Origin: Candidatus Fimenecus sp.
GTDB taxonomy: Bacteria; Bacillota; Clostridia; Oscillospirales; Acutalibacteraceae
Assembly: GCA_045534995.1 (NCBI GenBank)
Contig: JAZSKT010000133.1
Location: 1-44,813, forward strand
Direction of reading: 5' to 3'
Length of the DNA stretch: 44,813 nucleotides
This document shows positions 33,412 through 43,296 of this stretch, piece by piece (within the stretch, counting starts at the first letter, position 1; each line of letters begins with the position of its first letter). Made by a program: the position numbers and the translations under genes. The notes beneath the pieces were generated by a model. The model was not told the DNA's origin and ran no database searches. It saw nothing but the letters and a program-made list of their open reading frames with translations.

Positions 33412-34722
33412 ATGAAAGCAGCTGTTATTGGTGGCGGTCTTGCCGGTGTTGAGTGTGCAAAAGCTCTTTCTCGCAACGGAATCAAGGTTGATTTGTATGA
33501 AATGAAACCGTCAAAAAAATCTCCTGCTCATAAGCTTGATACTTTTGCAGAGCTTGTCTGCTCAAATTCTTTAAAAGCAGAAAGGCTTAATTCTGCGGCA
33601 GGACTTTTGAAACACGAAATGGCATATTTAAATTCCATCTGTGTTGAAACTGCTTATGAATGTAAGGTTGAAGCAGGCGGAGCACTTGCAGTTGACCGAC
33701 TCCTGTTTTCAAGAATTATTACTGAAAAAATCAGAAATGATGAAAATATAAATATTATTGAGAAAGAGGTTGTAACACTTCCTGAGGGTTATGACGGTAC
33801 AGTTATCTGTGCAGGACCATTGGCAAGTGAGGGGCTTTCAGAAACTATTCGTCAGATGTGCGGAAACGGACTCTCTTTCTATGATGCGGCAGCACCTATT
33901 GTAAGTGCTGAAAGCATTGATATGGAATGTGCTTTTACTCAATCACGATATGACCGTGGTGGCGAGGCTGACTATATTAACTGTCCTATGAATAAGGCAG
34001 AATACGAGGCGTTTTATGAGGCAATTATAAATGCTGAAAGTGCTGAAGTTCATTCCTTTGATAAACGAAAAGATGTTTATGAGGGCTGTATGCCTATTGA
34101 GGTTCTTGCATCTCGTGGTAAGGATACTATGAGATATGGTCCGTTAAAGCCTGTTGGTCTTACAGACCCGAAAACAGGCCATAGACCTTGGGCAAATCTT
34201 CAACTTCGTAAGGAAAACAAGGACGGTACAATGTACAATCTTGTGGGATTTCAGACTAATCTTAAATTCGGTGAGCAGAAACGAGTGTTTTCAATGTTCC
34301 CTGCACTAAAAAATGCTGAATTTTTAAGATATGGCGTTATGCACAGAAACACATTTATCGATTCGCCAAGACTCTTAAACGGAGATTTTAGTCTGCGAAG
34401 CAATCCGCTGATTTTCTTCGGCGGACAGATTACAGGTGTTGAAGGATATATGGAATCTGCGGCAAGTGGTCTTATGGCAGGAATTAACCTTGCTCGTCGA
34501 CTTCGTGGTGAAGAAACAGTTGTTCTTCCAAATGATACTATGATTGGTGCATTAAGTCGATACATAAGTGATGAAAGCGTTAAGAATTTCCAGCCGATGG
34601 GTGCGAATTTTGGTGTTTTACCACCACTTGAAGAGAAAATTCGCGATAAGCAAGAAAGATATATGCAGTTAGCCCAAAGGGGTATGACTTCTCTCGAAGA
34701 TTTTGCAAAAATAACAATTTAG
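33412..34722 (+). CDS. trmFO: Methylenetetrahydrofolate-tRNA-(uracil-5-)-methyltransferase
   Basis: VIGGGLAGVECA, ELVCSNSLK, FAGQITGVEGYMESAASG-like motifs are present, and the position after topA is conserved. Confidence 0.95.
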   Translation: MKAAVIGGGLAGVECAKALSRNGIKVDLYEMKPSKKSPAHKLDTFAELVCSNSLKAERLNSAAGLLKHEMAYLNSICVETAYECKVEAGGALAVDRLLFSRIITEKIRNDENINIIEKEVVTLPEGYDGTVICAGPLASEGLSETIRQMCGNGLSFYDAAAPIVSAESIDMECAFTQSRYDRGGEADYINCPMNKAEYEAFYEAIINAESAEVHSFDKRKDVYEGCMPIEVLASRGKDTMRYGPLKPVGLTDPKTGHRPWANLQLRKENKDGTMYNLVGFQTNLKFGEQKRVFSMFPALKNAEFLRYGVMHRNTFIDSPRLLNGDFSLRSNPLIFFGGQITGVEGYMESAASGLMAGINLARRLRGEETVVLPNDTMIGALSRYISDESVKNFQPMGANFGVLPPLEEKIRDKQERYMQLAQRGMTSLEDFAKITI

Positions 34723-34732
34723 GTGACTAACA

Positions 34733-35398
34733 ATGACTGATTTTGAAAAGAGAATCGGATATGAATTTAAGGACAAGTCATTGCTTAAAAGAGCATTGAC
34801 TCATTCTTCTTATGCCAATGAAAAAGGTACAGGACTTGATAATGAGCGTCTTGAGTTTTTAGGTGACTCTGTTTTAGGGTTCATTACCGCTGAATACCTT
34901 TTTGAGCATTATAAAAACAAGCAGGAAGGCGAACTTACAAAAAAACGTGCTTACGCCGTTTGTGAAAAGACACTTTTTGAATATGCTGAAAAAATTCAAC
35001 TTGGTGATATGATTTTACTCGGTAAAGGTGAGGAGCATACAGGTGGCAGACATCGTCCGTCGGTTGTGTCAGATGCTTTTGAGGCGGTTATTGCGGCAAT
35101 TTATCTTGATGGTGGCATAGAAGAAGCAAAGAAATTTGTTTTACCCTTTATTGAGATTTCATCAGAAGAAACACCAGTTTTCAAGGATTACAAAAGTACC
35201 TTGCAGGAGGTTTTGCAACAGAACCCTACCGAAAAATTCGAGTATATTGTTGTTGGTGAAAGCGGACCTGACCACGATAAGGAATTTATTGTTGAAATTC
35301 ATATGAACAGTAATGTAATCGGCAGAGGCGTTGGCAGAAGCAAGAAAAAGGCAGAGCAGGAAGCGGCAAAATCTGCCTTGGAGTTAATGGGATTATGA
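34733..35398 (+). CDS. rnc: Ribonuclease III
   Basis: The signature NERLEFLGDSVL is present, with a C-terminal dsRBD (GRGVGRSKKKAEQEAAKSAL). Confidence 0.95.
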   Translation: MTDFEKRIGYEFKDKSLLKRALTHSSYANEKGTGLDNERLEFLGDSVLGFITAEYLFEHYKNKQEGELTKKRAYAVCEKTLFEYAEKIQLGDMILLGKGEEHTGGRHRPSVVSDAFEAVIAAIYLDGGIEEAKKFVLPFIEISSEETPVFKDYKSTLQEVLQQNPTEKFEYIVVGESGPDHDKEFIVEIHMNSNVIGRGVGRSKKKAEQEAAKSALELMGL

Positions 35399-36396
35399 GC
35401 CACTCGAATATAAGCATTTTTGTCCCACATAAGGGCTGCCCTAATGATTGCAGTTTCTGTAATCAGCGGACAATCAGCGGGCAAACAGTTCCTGCTACTC
35501 CTGAAGATGTGGCAAGAGCGGTAAATACTGCAATTGAATATAATGTTGACCCGAAAAATACTGAAATAGCATTTTTTGGTGGTAGTTTTACGGCGATTGA
35601 AAGGGAATATATGTGTTCTCTTTTAACCGCCGCAAAGTGTTTTTTGGATACTCATAAATTTGCAGGAATAAGGGTGTCAACAAGACCTGATTGCATTGAT
35701 GAAGATGTGCTTGAAATCCTGAAAAACTATGGTGTAACTGCCATTGAATTAGGTGCACAGAGTATGGATGATGATGTTCTTTTGTGGAATCGCAGAGGTC
35801 ATACGGCAGAAGATGTGCGAAAAGCATCGAAACTCATTAAAGATTATGGCTTTGAGTTAGGATTACAAATGATGACAGGTCTTTACAAAAGCGATTTTGA
35901 AAAAGACTTATATACAGCAGGAGAAATTATAAAATTAAAACCTGATACGGTGCGAATTTATCCCACAGTTGTTCTAAAAAATACTCATTTAGGTTGTTTA
36001 CAGGAAAAAGGTGAATACAAAGCACCAAATGCAGAGGAGTCAGCACCATTCTGTGCAAAACTTTTGCAGTTGTTTGAAGAGAATAATATAAAAGTTATAA
36101 AATTAGGGCTTCACAGTAGCGAAACAGTCGAGAGTGATATGATAGGTGGTGCTTATCATCCTGCCTTTCGTGAACTTTGTGAGGGACACATTTATCTTGA
36201 AAAAATACTCCGAATTTTGGGCGAAAAAGACAAAAACAGCAAATATGACATTTTTGTCAATGAAAAAGCTTTAAGTAAGGCAAAAGGACAGCAGAAAAGA
36301 AACGAAAAAGCATTGAAAAATCAAGGTTTTTGTTGTACAATAAAGGGTAGTAAAAATTTAGAAGAATTTGAAGTTAAGGTTGTAGAAATTAAATGA
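35395..36396 (+). CDS. Radical SAM protein (ELP3/MiaB-like family, housekeeping type found between rnc and smc)
   Basis: CPNDCSFCNQ is a CxxxCxxC motif near the N-terminus. The start overlaps the rnc stop, and the stop overlaps the smc start. Confidence 0.85.
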   Translation: MSHSNISIFVPHKGCPNDCSFCNQRTISGQTVPATPEDVARAVNTAIEYNVDPKNTEIAFFGGSFTAIEREYMCSLLTAAKCFLDTHKFAGIRVSTRPDCIDEDVLEILKNYGVTAIELGAQSMDDDVLLWNRRGHTAEDVRKASKLIKDYGFELGLQMMTGLYKSDFEKDLYTAGEIIKLKPDTVRIYPTVVLKNTHLGCLQEKGEYKAPNAEESAPFCAKLLQLFEENNIKVIKLGLHSSETVESDMIGGAYHPAFRELCEGHIYLEKILRILGEKDKNSKYDIFVNEKALSKAKGQQKRNEKALKNQGFCCTIKGSKNLEEFEVKVVEIK

Positions 36397-39300
36397 TTTT
36401 AAAATCAATCACAATGCAGGGCTTTAAGTCCTGTCCCGAAAAAACAGTGCTTCAATTTAATAAGGGAATAACAGGTGTTGTTGGTCCTAACGGTAGTGGT
36501 AAGAGTAATATCTCTGACGCTGTTCGTTGGGTTCTTGGTGAACAGTCAACAAAGAGTCTTCGTGGTTCAAAAATGGAAGACGTTATTTTCAGCGGAACAA
36601 AGTTCCGTAAGGCAACAGGCTTTGCGGAAGTTACGCTTTGTCTTGACAATACTGACAGAACACTTGGTAATGACAATGATGAAGTGAGTATTACTCGTCG
36701 TTTTTATCGTAGCGGTGACAGCGAGTATAAAATTAACGGTGAAAATGTAAGACTTCGTGATATTAACGAACTTTTTATGGATACCGGTCTTGGTCGTGAC
36801 GGTTATTCTATGGTCAGCCAGGGCAAAATTGCCGAGCTTATTTCTTCAAAGTCAGGTGAACGTCGTGAAATGTTTGAAGAAGCAGCAGGTATCTCTCATT
36901 TCCGTTATAAAAGACACGATGCGCTCAAAAGACTTTCACAGGCAGAGGAAAATCTTGTTAGATTAAGAGATATTTTAACTGAACTTGAAAGCCGTGTAGG
37001 ACCTTTAAAAACACAGAGTGAAAAAGCACAGAAATTTTTAGTCCTTGCAGAAGAAAGAAAAAATCTCGAAATCGGTATCTGGCTTCATAATATTGAAAAA
37101 ACACAAGAGAAATTAAAAGACCAGGACAGAAAAATCGATATTGCATCTGTGCAGTATAAGGATGCACAGCGCCAGCTTGAAGAAATCGAGCAGAAGATGA
37201 ATGACATAATCGAGAAAACTCGTGAAATCAATGTTAGGATTGAAGAAGTTCGTTCATCAACATCTCATTTTGAAGAACAGGCTGCCGAACTTGAAGCACA
37301 GGCAAAGGTTTACGAAAACTCAATTTTACATAACAAAGAGTCTATCGAAAGACTTGAGAAAGATAAATTAACGGCAAATCAGGATGATGCGGACATTGAT
37401 GCTCAGGTTACGGAAACAGAGGAGCAGAAGAAAAAGTCACAAGCAGGTCTTGATGATGCAAATAAAAAGTTGCAGGAACAGATTGCTGAAATCGAAAAGT
37501 TGCAGAGTGAAAATAATGAATTTGCAACTGTTGCCGCTGACCTTGCAAAAGAAATTTCTTTACTTACAGTAAGTCTTGCTGACAATCGTGTTATCAGCGA
37601 AACTGCAAACTCACAAATTGAAGAAATCAGAACAAGAATTTCTGCCATTGATGACCTTTTGGGTAATCGAAAGGAAACTGTTTTAGCACTTGAAGAACAG
37701 AAAAATAACGCGGAAAAAGTTCTTAATGAGTGTAATGAAAAAATCAATGAATATAAAAATGCAGTTGACGGTTACAGAATAAAGGTACAGACAAGAACTG
37801 AAAAGAGCGAAAAGGTAAAGACTGAAATTAGCACTCTCCAGAGTGAAATTGACCGTAAAAATGAACGAATTAGAATTCTTGATGACCTTGAAAAGAATAT
37901 GGAGGGCTATCAGGGGTCTGTTCGTAGCGTTATGAAAGAAAGTAAGCGTGGAGCATTAAACGGTATTCACGGACCACTTTCACAGCTCATAACTGTTAAG
38001 GATAAATATTCCGTGGCAGTTGAAACTGCTCTCGGTGCATCTATTCAGAATGTCGTTGTTGATAATGAAAATGATGCTAAAAAGGCGATTGCATATCTTA
38101 AAGAAACACGCGGTGGTCGTGCAACATTCTTACCATTGACAGCAATTAAATCAAGAAACCTTGATGAGCGTGACCTTGACGATTGTTTCGGGTTTGTAAA
38201 TATTGCATCCGAACTCGTTGCAACAGATAATAAGTATCGTGACATAATTGAAAATCTTCTTGGCAAAACTGTTGTTTGCGAAGATATGGACAGTGCCATC
38301 CAGATGGCAAAGAAATATAAAAACAGATTTAAAATTGTTACTCTTGACGGACAGGTAATTAATGCCGGCGGTTCAATGACCGGTGGTAGTAAAGCACAGG
38401 GCGTTGGTATGCTTAGTCGTAGTAACGAAATCGATAAACTTCGTGCGAGTGTAAAAGACCTCGAAGAAAAGAAAAACACTCTTGTTATTCAGGAAAAAAT
38501 GCTGTCGGAGGATTTGGCATCTGCAATTGCTGACCTTAATGGTATTGAGGGTGACATTCTCTCTGCTAATGAAGAAAAAATTCGTCTTGAGGGTGAATAT
38601 AACCTTGCAGTTCAGCAGTATGAAAACACATCCGGTGGTGTTAGCGAACTTATCGAAGAAGAAAGAATACTGAACGATAGAATTGAAAAGATAAATACAG
38701 ACAGTATTACTGCAAAAACAAAAGTCCTGGAACTTACAAATGAAATTGCTGAAAAGGAAAAGAGTCTTGAAGCAGTCAGCGGTGACAGAGAAAGTCTTGC
38801 GATAGTTCGTGAAGAACTCTCACAGAAAGCAGAGCAGATAAGACTTGAGATTTTGAGCTTTGAAAAAGACATTGAATCAGCTGACGATAATATTCGCAGA
38901 CTTAATATTCTCAAAGGCTCACATTCTGACCGACTCCTGGAACTTAATAAAGAAATCGAAGCATTTAATAATAAAAACATTTGGCTTACAAAGGATATTG
39001 AAAGTTTAAGAGCATCTGCTGACGAACTTCGCAAACAATGTGGCGATGCAAAGACGGATGTTGACGATTTGCTTGAAGCGAGAGCACAGCTTGAAAAAGA
39101 AAATACTGACCTTCGTAATCTTGAAAAAGAGAAATCTTCCGAAAGAGAAAGAGTCAGCGGTGAACTTGCTCGTCTTGAAGAAAGAAAAGCATCAATGCTT
39201 AATGAGTTTGAAGAATACAACTCAAAACTTTATGATGAATATCAGCTGACAAGGCGCGAGGCAATTGCCCTTGAAATCGTCATTGAAAATATCGGTGACG

Positions 39301-39962
39301 CAAGAACTCGTCTTTCGGCATTGAAGAACGAAATCAGAGGTTTAGGCTCAGTTAATGTTTCCGCTATTGACGAGTACAAGGAAGTTTCCGAAAGATATGA
39401 GTTTATGTCAGAGCAGATTGGCGATGTTGAAAAATCAAAGGCAGAACTTATTCGACTTATTGATGATTTGACAACAAAGATGAGTGTTCAGTTCCGTGAA
39501 CAGTTCCAGAAAATCAATGTGGCTTTCGGTGAAACATTTGCCGAACTCTTTGGTGGCGGTAAGGCAGAACTTGTACTTGAGGATGAAATGAATGTCCTTG
39601 AATGTGACATTGAAATCAAGGTTCAGCCACCGGGCAAAAATGTTCAGAATATCAACCTGCTTTCAGGTGGTGAAAAGGGACTTTCTGCTATTGCACTTCT
39701 CTTTGCTATTCTTAAGGTTACTCCTGCACCATTCGTAATCTTCGACGAGGTTGAGGCAGCTCTTGACGATGTCAACGTTGTCCGTTATGCACAGTATGTA
39801 AGAAGAATGACAAAGAATACACAGTTTATTCTTATTACTCACCGTCGTGGTACAATGGAAGAGGCAGATATGCTTTACGGTGTTACAATGCAAGAAGAAG
39901 GCGTATCAAAGATTTTAGAGTTAAAAACAGCAGAGTTAGCAAGAAAACTTGGTCTTGCATAA
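36393..39962 (+). CDS. smc: Chromosome partition protein Smc
   Basis: Walker A is GPNGSGKSN. Long coiled coils flank a hinge (GPLSQLI...), and the C-terminus has LSGGEKGLSAIALLFA plus the Walker B motif FVIFDEVEAALD. Size is 1189 aa. Confidence 0.95.
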   Translation: MILKSITMQGFKSCPEKTVLQFNKGITGVVGPNGSGKSNISDAVRWVLGEQSTKSLRGSKMEDVIFSGTKFRKATGFAEVTLCLDNTDRTLGNDNDEVSITRRFYRSGDSEYKINGENVRLRDINELFMDTGLGRDGYSMVSQGKIAELISSKSGERREMFEEAAGISHFRYKRHDALKRLSQAEENLVRLRDILTELESRVGPLKTQSEKAQKFLVLAEERKNLEIGIWLHNIEKTQEKLKDQDRKIDIASVQYKDAQRQLEEIEQKMNDIIEKTREINVRIEEVRSSTSHFEEQAAELEAQAKVYENSILHNKESIERLEKDKLTANQDDADIDAQVTETEEQKKKSQAGLDDANKKLQEQIAEIEKLQSENNEFATVAADLAKEISLLTVSLADNRVISETANSQIEEIRTRISAIDDLLGNRKETVLALEEQKNNAEKVLNECNEKINEYKNAVDGYRIKVQTRTEKSEKVKTEISTLQSEIDRKNERIRILDDLEKNMEGYQGSVRSVMKESKRGALNGIHGPLSQLITVKDKYSVAVETALGASIQNVVVDNENDAKKAIAYLKETRGGRATFLPLTAIKSRNLDERDLDDCFGFVNIASELVATDNKYRDIIENLLGKTVVCEDMDSAIQMAKKYKNRFKIVTLDGQVINAGGSMTGGSKAQGVGMLSRSNEIDKLRASVKDLEEKKNTLVIQEKMLSEDLASAIADLNGIEGDILSANEEKIRLEGEYNLAVQQYENTSGGVSELIEEERILNDRIEKINTDSITAKTKVLELTNEIAEKEKSLEAVSGDRESLAIVREELSQKAEQIRLEILSFEKDIESADDNIRRLNILKGSHSDRLLELNKEIEAFNNKNIWLTKDIESLRASADELRKQCGDAKTDVDDLLEARAQLEKENTDLRNLEKEKSSERERVSGELARLEERKASMLNEFEEYNSKLYDEYQLTRREAIALEIVIENIGDARTRLSALKNEIRGLGSVNVSAIDEYKEVSERYEFMSEQIGDVEKSKAELIRLIDDLTTKMSVQFREQFQKINVAFGETFAELFGGGKAELVLEDEMNVLECDIEIKVQPPGKNVQNINLLSGGEKGLSAIALLFAILKVTPAPFVIFDEVEAALDDVNVVRYAQYVRRMTKNTQFILITHRRGTMEEADMLYGVTMQEEGVSKILELKTAELARKLGLA

Positions 39963-39989
39963 AATTAAATTCTCGAAAGGATTGTCATC

Positions 39990-41141
39990 ATGGGAATTTT
40001 TAAGAAAATTAACTTTGGTCTTACAAAGACAAGAAATAAAATGGCAGGGGCTATTGACGATATGCTCGATAGCTTTGACGAGATTACAGATGACCTTTAT
40101 ACTGAACTTGAAGAAATTCTTGTAATGGGTGACGTTGGTGTCACAACTGCCGTTGAAATTACAGAAAGACTTCGTGAAGAAGCAGAAAAAGGTAAAATTA
40201 AAGATGCAAATGAAGTTCGTCAGAAGATTAAGGACATTATTTCTGAAATGCTTTATGGCGGTGAGGATATGGGACTTATCACAGTTCCGTCAATCATCCT
40301 GGTTATCGGTGTAAATGGTGTTGGTAAAACAACAACAATCGGTAAAATGGCTGCTATGTATAAGGCAGAGGGCAAGAGCGTTATTCTTGGTGCTGCCGAT
40401 ACATTCCGTGCCGCTGCTATTGACCAGTTACAAATCTGGGCTGACCGTGCAGGTGTTGATATTATCAAGCATAAAGAAGGTGCTGACCCTGCGGCAGTTG
40501 TTTTTGACACAATCGGTGCAGCAAAGGCAAGAGATAGCGAAATTATCATTATTGATACTGCAGGACGACTTCATAACAAGAAAAATCTTATGGACGAACT
40601 TAATAAGATTTACAGAGTTATCGACCGTGAGTTGCCATACTCTGACCGTGAGGTTTTATTGGTGCTTGATTCAACAACAGGACAGAATGCAGTTAATCAG
40701 GCTCGCGAATTCCAGTCAGTTGCTGAAATCACAGGTATCGTTCTTACAAAACTTGACGGTACTGCTCGTGGCGGTGTTGTTTTGGCTATCAAAAACGAAC
40801 TTGGTATTCCTGTTAAGTTCATCGGTGTCGGTGAACAGATTGATGACTTACAGCCATTTAAACCTGCTGCTTTTGCAGACGGTTTGTTTGATAAAATAGA
40901 TTACAAGGAAGAGGAGGACATTCAAATTGAAATTGTTGAAGAGAGCACAGAAGAACTCGAAGAAATTAATGAAGATATTTTACAAGAAGAACTCTCCCTT
41001 GAAGACGTTGGAAGCACTCCAGAAACTTCCGAAACAGATGATACAGGATATGAACAGGAAGAAGAGGTAACAGAGCCTGAACCTGAACAAAAAGAAAAGA
41101 AGAGAAGGGGATTCTTTGGACTTTTTAATCGCAACTCATAA
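39990..41141 (+). CDS. ftsY: Signal recognition particle receptor FtsY (with an atypical acidic C-terminal extension)
   Basis: The NG domain has [19 protein letters not shown] and [10 protein letters not shown]. About 80 extra residues follow the usual C-terminus. Confidence 0.95.
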   Translation: MGIFKKINFGLTKTRNKMAGAIDDMLDSFDEITDDLYTELEEILVMGDVGVTTAVEITERLREEAEKGKIKDANEVRQKIKDIISEMLYGGEDMGLITVPSIILVIGVNGVGKTTTIGKMAAMYKAEGKSVILGAADTFRAAAIDQLQIWADRAGVDIIKHKEGADPAAVVFDTIGAAKARDSEIIIIDTAGRLHNKKNLMDELNKIYRVIDRELPYSDREVLLVLDSTTGQNAVNQAREFQSVAEITGIVLTKLDGTARGGVVLAIKNELGIPVKFIGVGEQIDDLQPFKPAAFADGLFDKIDYKEEEDIQIEIVEESTEELEEINEDILQEELSLEDVGSTPETSETDDTGYEQEEEVTEPEPEQKEKKRRGFFGLFNRNS

Positions 41142-41703
41142 TATGAAAAAACAAGCAGAGTTACAGAGAATACTCTCTCCGCTTGGTATAAATGTTTTAA
41201 CTGCTGAAATGGCAGGAATTGAACTTTCCGAAGTTGATGAAACGGGAGAAACATTTGAAGAAAATGCATTTTTGAAGGCTGATAGCGGTTGTAAGGAAAG
41301 CGGAATGGTCTGTGTGGCAGACGATTCAGGACTTATGGTTGATTTTCTTGATGGTGCTCCCGGTGTTTATTCAGCTCGTTTCGGTGGTGAACACGGAAAT
41401 GATGCAAAGAACAACGAAAAACTTTTGGGACTTATGAAAGATGTTCCAGATGAAGATAGAACAGCACGATTTGTAAGCTGTGTATGTTGTTGTTTCCCTG
41501 ACGGAAGAAGTTTCACGGTTCGTGGCACTTGCGAAGGTGTAATTGCCCATGAAGTACACGGAAATGGCGGTTTTGGTTATGACCCTGTATTCCTTGTGGG
41601 GGACAAAACTTTCGGTGAACTTTCTGCAGAAGAAAAAGACAAAGTAAGTCATCGAGGGAATGCGTTAAGAAATTTTGTTTCAGAGCTTCCAAAATATTTG
41701 TAA
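41116..41703 (+). CDS. rdgB: Non-canonical purine NTP pyrophosphatase (RdgB/HAM1 family)
   Basis: [50 protein letters not shown] and SHRGNAL are present. The first conserved strand requires the TTG start at 41116, which lies 26 nt inside ftsY. Confidence 0.85.
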   Translation: MDFLIATHNMKKQAELQRILSPLGINVLTAEMAGIELSEVDETGETFEENAFLKADSGCKESGMVCVADDSGLMVDFLDGAPGVYSARFGGEHGNDAKNNEKLLGLMKDVPDEDRTARFVSCVCCCFPDGRSFTVRGTCEGVIAHEVHGNGGFGYDPVFLVGDKTFGELSAEEKDKVSHRGNALRNFVSELPKYL

Positions 41704-41706
41704 AAC

Positions 41707-41778
41707 GTAGGGGACGACGACTCGGCGTCCCGCAATAAGAATAAACAATAACGGGCTGCCGTGGTCGTCAGCCCCTAC
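41707..41778. repeat. Double-hairpin inverted-repeat element, copy B (REP/MITE-like)
   Basis: GTAGGGGACGACGACTCGGCGTCCCG - 20-nt AT-rich spacer - GGGCTGCCGTGGTCGTCAGCCCCTAC. The reverse complement of the right arm (GTAGGGGCTGACGACCACGGCAGCCC) resembles the left arm. The element starts 4 nt after the rdgB stop. Confidence 0.7.
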
Positions 41779-41814
41779 AATAAGGATTAACATAATAGTT
41801 TTAGGAGAAAACAA

Positions 41815-42117
41815 ATGACAAGTAAAGAAAGAGCATATTGGAGAGGTCAGGCGAACTCATTGCCTGCATTGTTTCAGGTTGGCAAGGGTGGAATTTCAGA
41901 TGCACTTATCAAGCAGACTGATGATGCACTCAAGGCTCGTGAACTTATCAAAATTAAGGTGCTTTTAGAAACAAGCCCTGAAAAGCCAAAGGTTATTGCA
42001 CAGCAGTTAGCAGAAGCAACAAACAGCGATTGTGTTGGTGTAGTCGGTGGCAGTATGATATTCTATCGTTATAATCCTGAGTTACACAAAGACGAAAAGA
42101 AGGCGAAGAAAAGATGA
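41815..42117 (+). CDS. yhbY: Ribosome assembly RNA-binding protein YhbY (CRM domain)
   Basis: LTSKERAYWRGQANSLPALFQVGKGGISDALIKQTDDALKARELIKIKV matches the CRS1/YhbY pattern. Confidence 0.9.
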   Translation: MTSKERAYWRGQANSLPALFQVGKGGISDALIKQTDDALKARELIKIKVLLETSPEKPKVIAQQLAEATNSDCVGVVGGSMIFYRYNPELHKDEKKAKKR

Positions 42118-42743
42118 AAATAGGCATTTTTGGCGGAACATTTAACCCACCTCATAAAGGTCATACAAGAATGATTGAAAAAATGGCAGAGGAATTGGAA
42201 CTTGATAAAGTTATTATCATTCCTAATAAAATTCCTACACATAAGCGTTGCGATGATTTGGCAGATAATCACCACAGAGTTGCTATGTGTAAAATTGCTT
42301 TCAAAAATCCTAAATTTGAAATCAGCACAATGGAAATGGACAGAGATACTGACAGCTACACAATTTTTACAGTTAATGAATTGATGAAAAAGTATCCTAA
42401 TGACCAGCTTCATTTGATTATTGGCTCTGATATGTTCCTTATTTTCCATAAGTGGTACAAGCACAAGGAGTTGCTTGAAAAATGCAAAATTTGTGTTGCA
42501 TCCCGTGATAATGACGAGAATATTCAGAAACTTCGTGCGTATGCTTTTGAACAGTTGGGTATTTATATGCCTGAACTGGATGCAAAGAGTATACATATTT
42601 CACTTCTCGATGCTTATGAGGTAAGTTCAAGTGAAATCAGGGAAAGAATAAATATGGAAAAGAGTCTTTATGGACTTGTTGACCCTGAAATTATTGAATA
42701 TATGGAGAACAACAAGTTGTATGGATATGGGAAGAAACGCTGA
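42114..42743 (+). CDS. nadD: Nicotinate-nucleotide adenylyltransferase
   Basis: GIFGGTFNPPHKGH and SSSEIR motifs are present. The start overlaps the yhbY stop (ATGA). Confidence 0.95.
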   Translation: MKIGIFGGTFNPPHKGHTRMIEKMAEELELDKVIIIPNKIPTHKRCDDLADNHHRVAMCKIAFKNPKFEISTMEMDRDTDSYTIFTVNELMKKYPNDQLHLIIGSDMFLIFHKWYKHKELLEKCKICVASRDNDENIQKLRAYAFEQLGIYMPELDAKSIHISLLDAYEVSSSEIRERINMEKSLYGLVDPEIIEYMENNKLYGYGKKR

Positions 42744-43296
42744 ATTTTTTGAAATAATTAAAACACGACTTACTCCCCAAAGGCTTTATCATTCAATCTG
42801 TGTAGCTGAAAAAGCAAAATGTTTAGCCGAAAAATATGGTGCAGACACTGAAAAAGCATATACGGCAGGACTTATCCACGATATAATGAGATATGAACCT
42901 GTGGAAAAAATGATTGAACTCATTGAAAGTGACGGACAAACACTTACAGAGAGTGAAAAAGCAATAACAGTTACTTTACATGCCATAGCTGGTGAGGTTT
43001 ATTTACGAAAAAACCTTAATGTAACTGATGAAGAAATACTTTCAGCAGTCCGTTGGCACACAACAGGCAAAGAAGATATGTCGTTGTTTGAAAAAATAAT
43101 TTATGTTGCCGATTTAGTATCAGATGACAGAGAATATCCTGATGTTAAAGAGGTCCGTGAATTGGCAGAAGAAGATTTAGATAAAACCTGCCTTAGAGGG
43201 TTATCCTTTACAATAGAGGATAATGCAAGAAAACATAAACTCATTCATATTGATACAGTTAAGGCTTACAATTACCTTGCAGAAAGGATAAAATAA
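42721..43296 (+). CDS. yqeK: HD-domain bis(5'-nucleosyl)-tetraphosphatase YqeK
   Basis: RLYHSICVAEKA and GLIHDI (HD motif) are present, and the position after nadD is conserved. The start is placed at the ATG overlapping the nadD 3' end; 42727 is also possible. Confidence 0.85.
   Translation: MDMGRNAEFFEIIKTRLTPQRLYHSICVAEKAKCLAEKYGADTEKAYTAGLIHDIMRYEPVEKMIELIESDGQTLTESEKAITVTLHAIAGEVYLRKNLNVTDEEILSAVRWHTTGKEDMSLFEKIIYVADLVSDDREYPDVKEVRELAEEDLDKTCLRGLSFTIEDNARKHKLIHIDTVKAYNYLAERIK

Noticed and set aside
38612-39220. 202-aa Ser/Leu/Phe-rich ORF antisense to smc (also 37403..37747 and 38045..38479)
   Set aside because: It is the mirror image of the GAA/AAG/CTT-rich coiled-coil codons of smc. 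It has low complexity and no RBS, and it lies entirely inside a confidently identified gene.
40315-40899. 194-aa alternative-frame ORF inside ftsY
   Set aside because: It overlaps the conserved NG domain in another frame, has no RBS, and its composition is not protein-like.
42069-42596. 175-aa ORF antisense to nadD
   Set aside because: It is antisense to a conserved gene, AT-rich codon noise, with no RBS.
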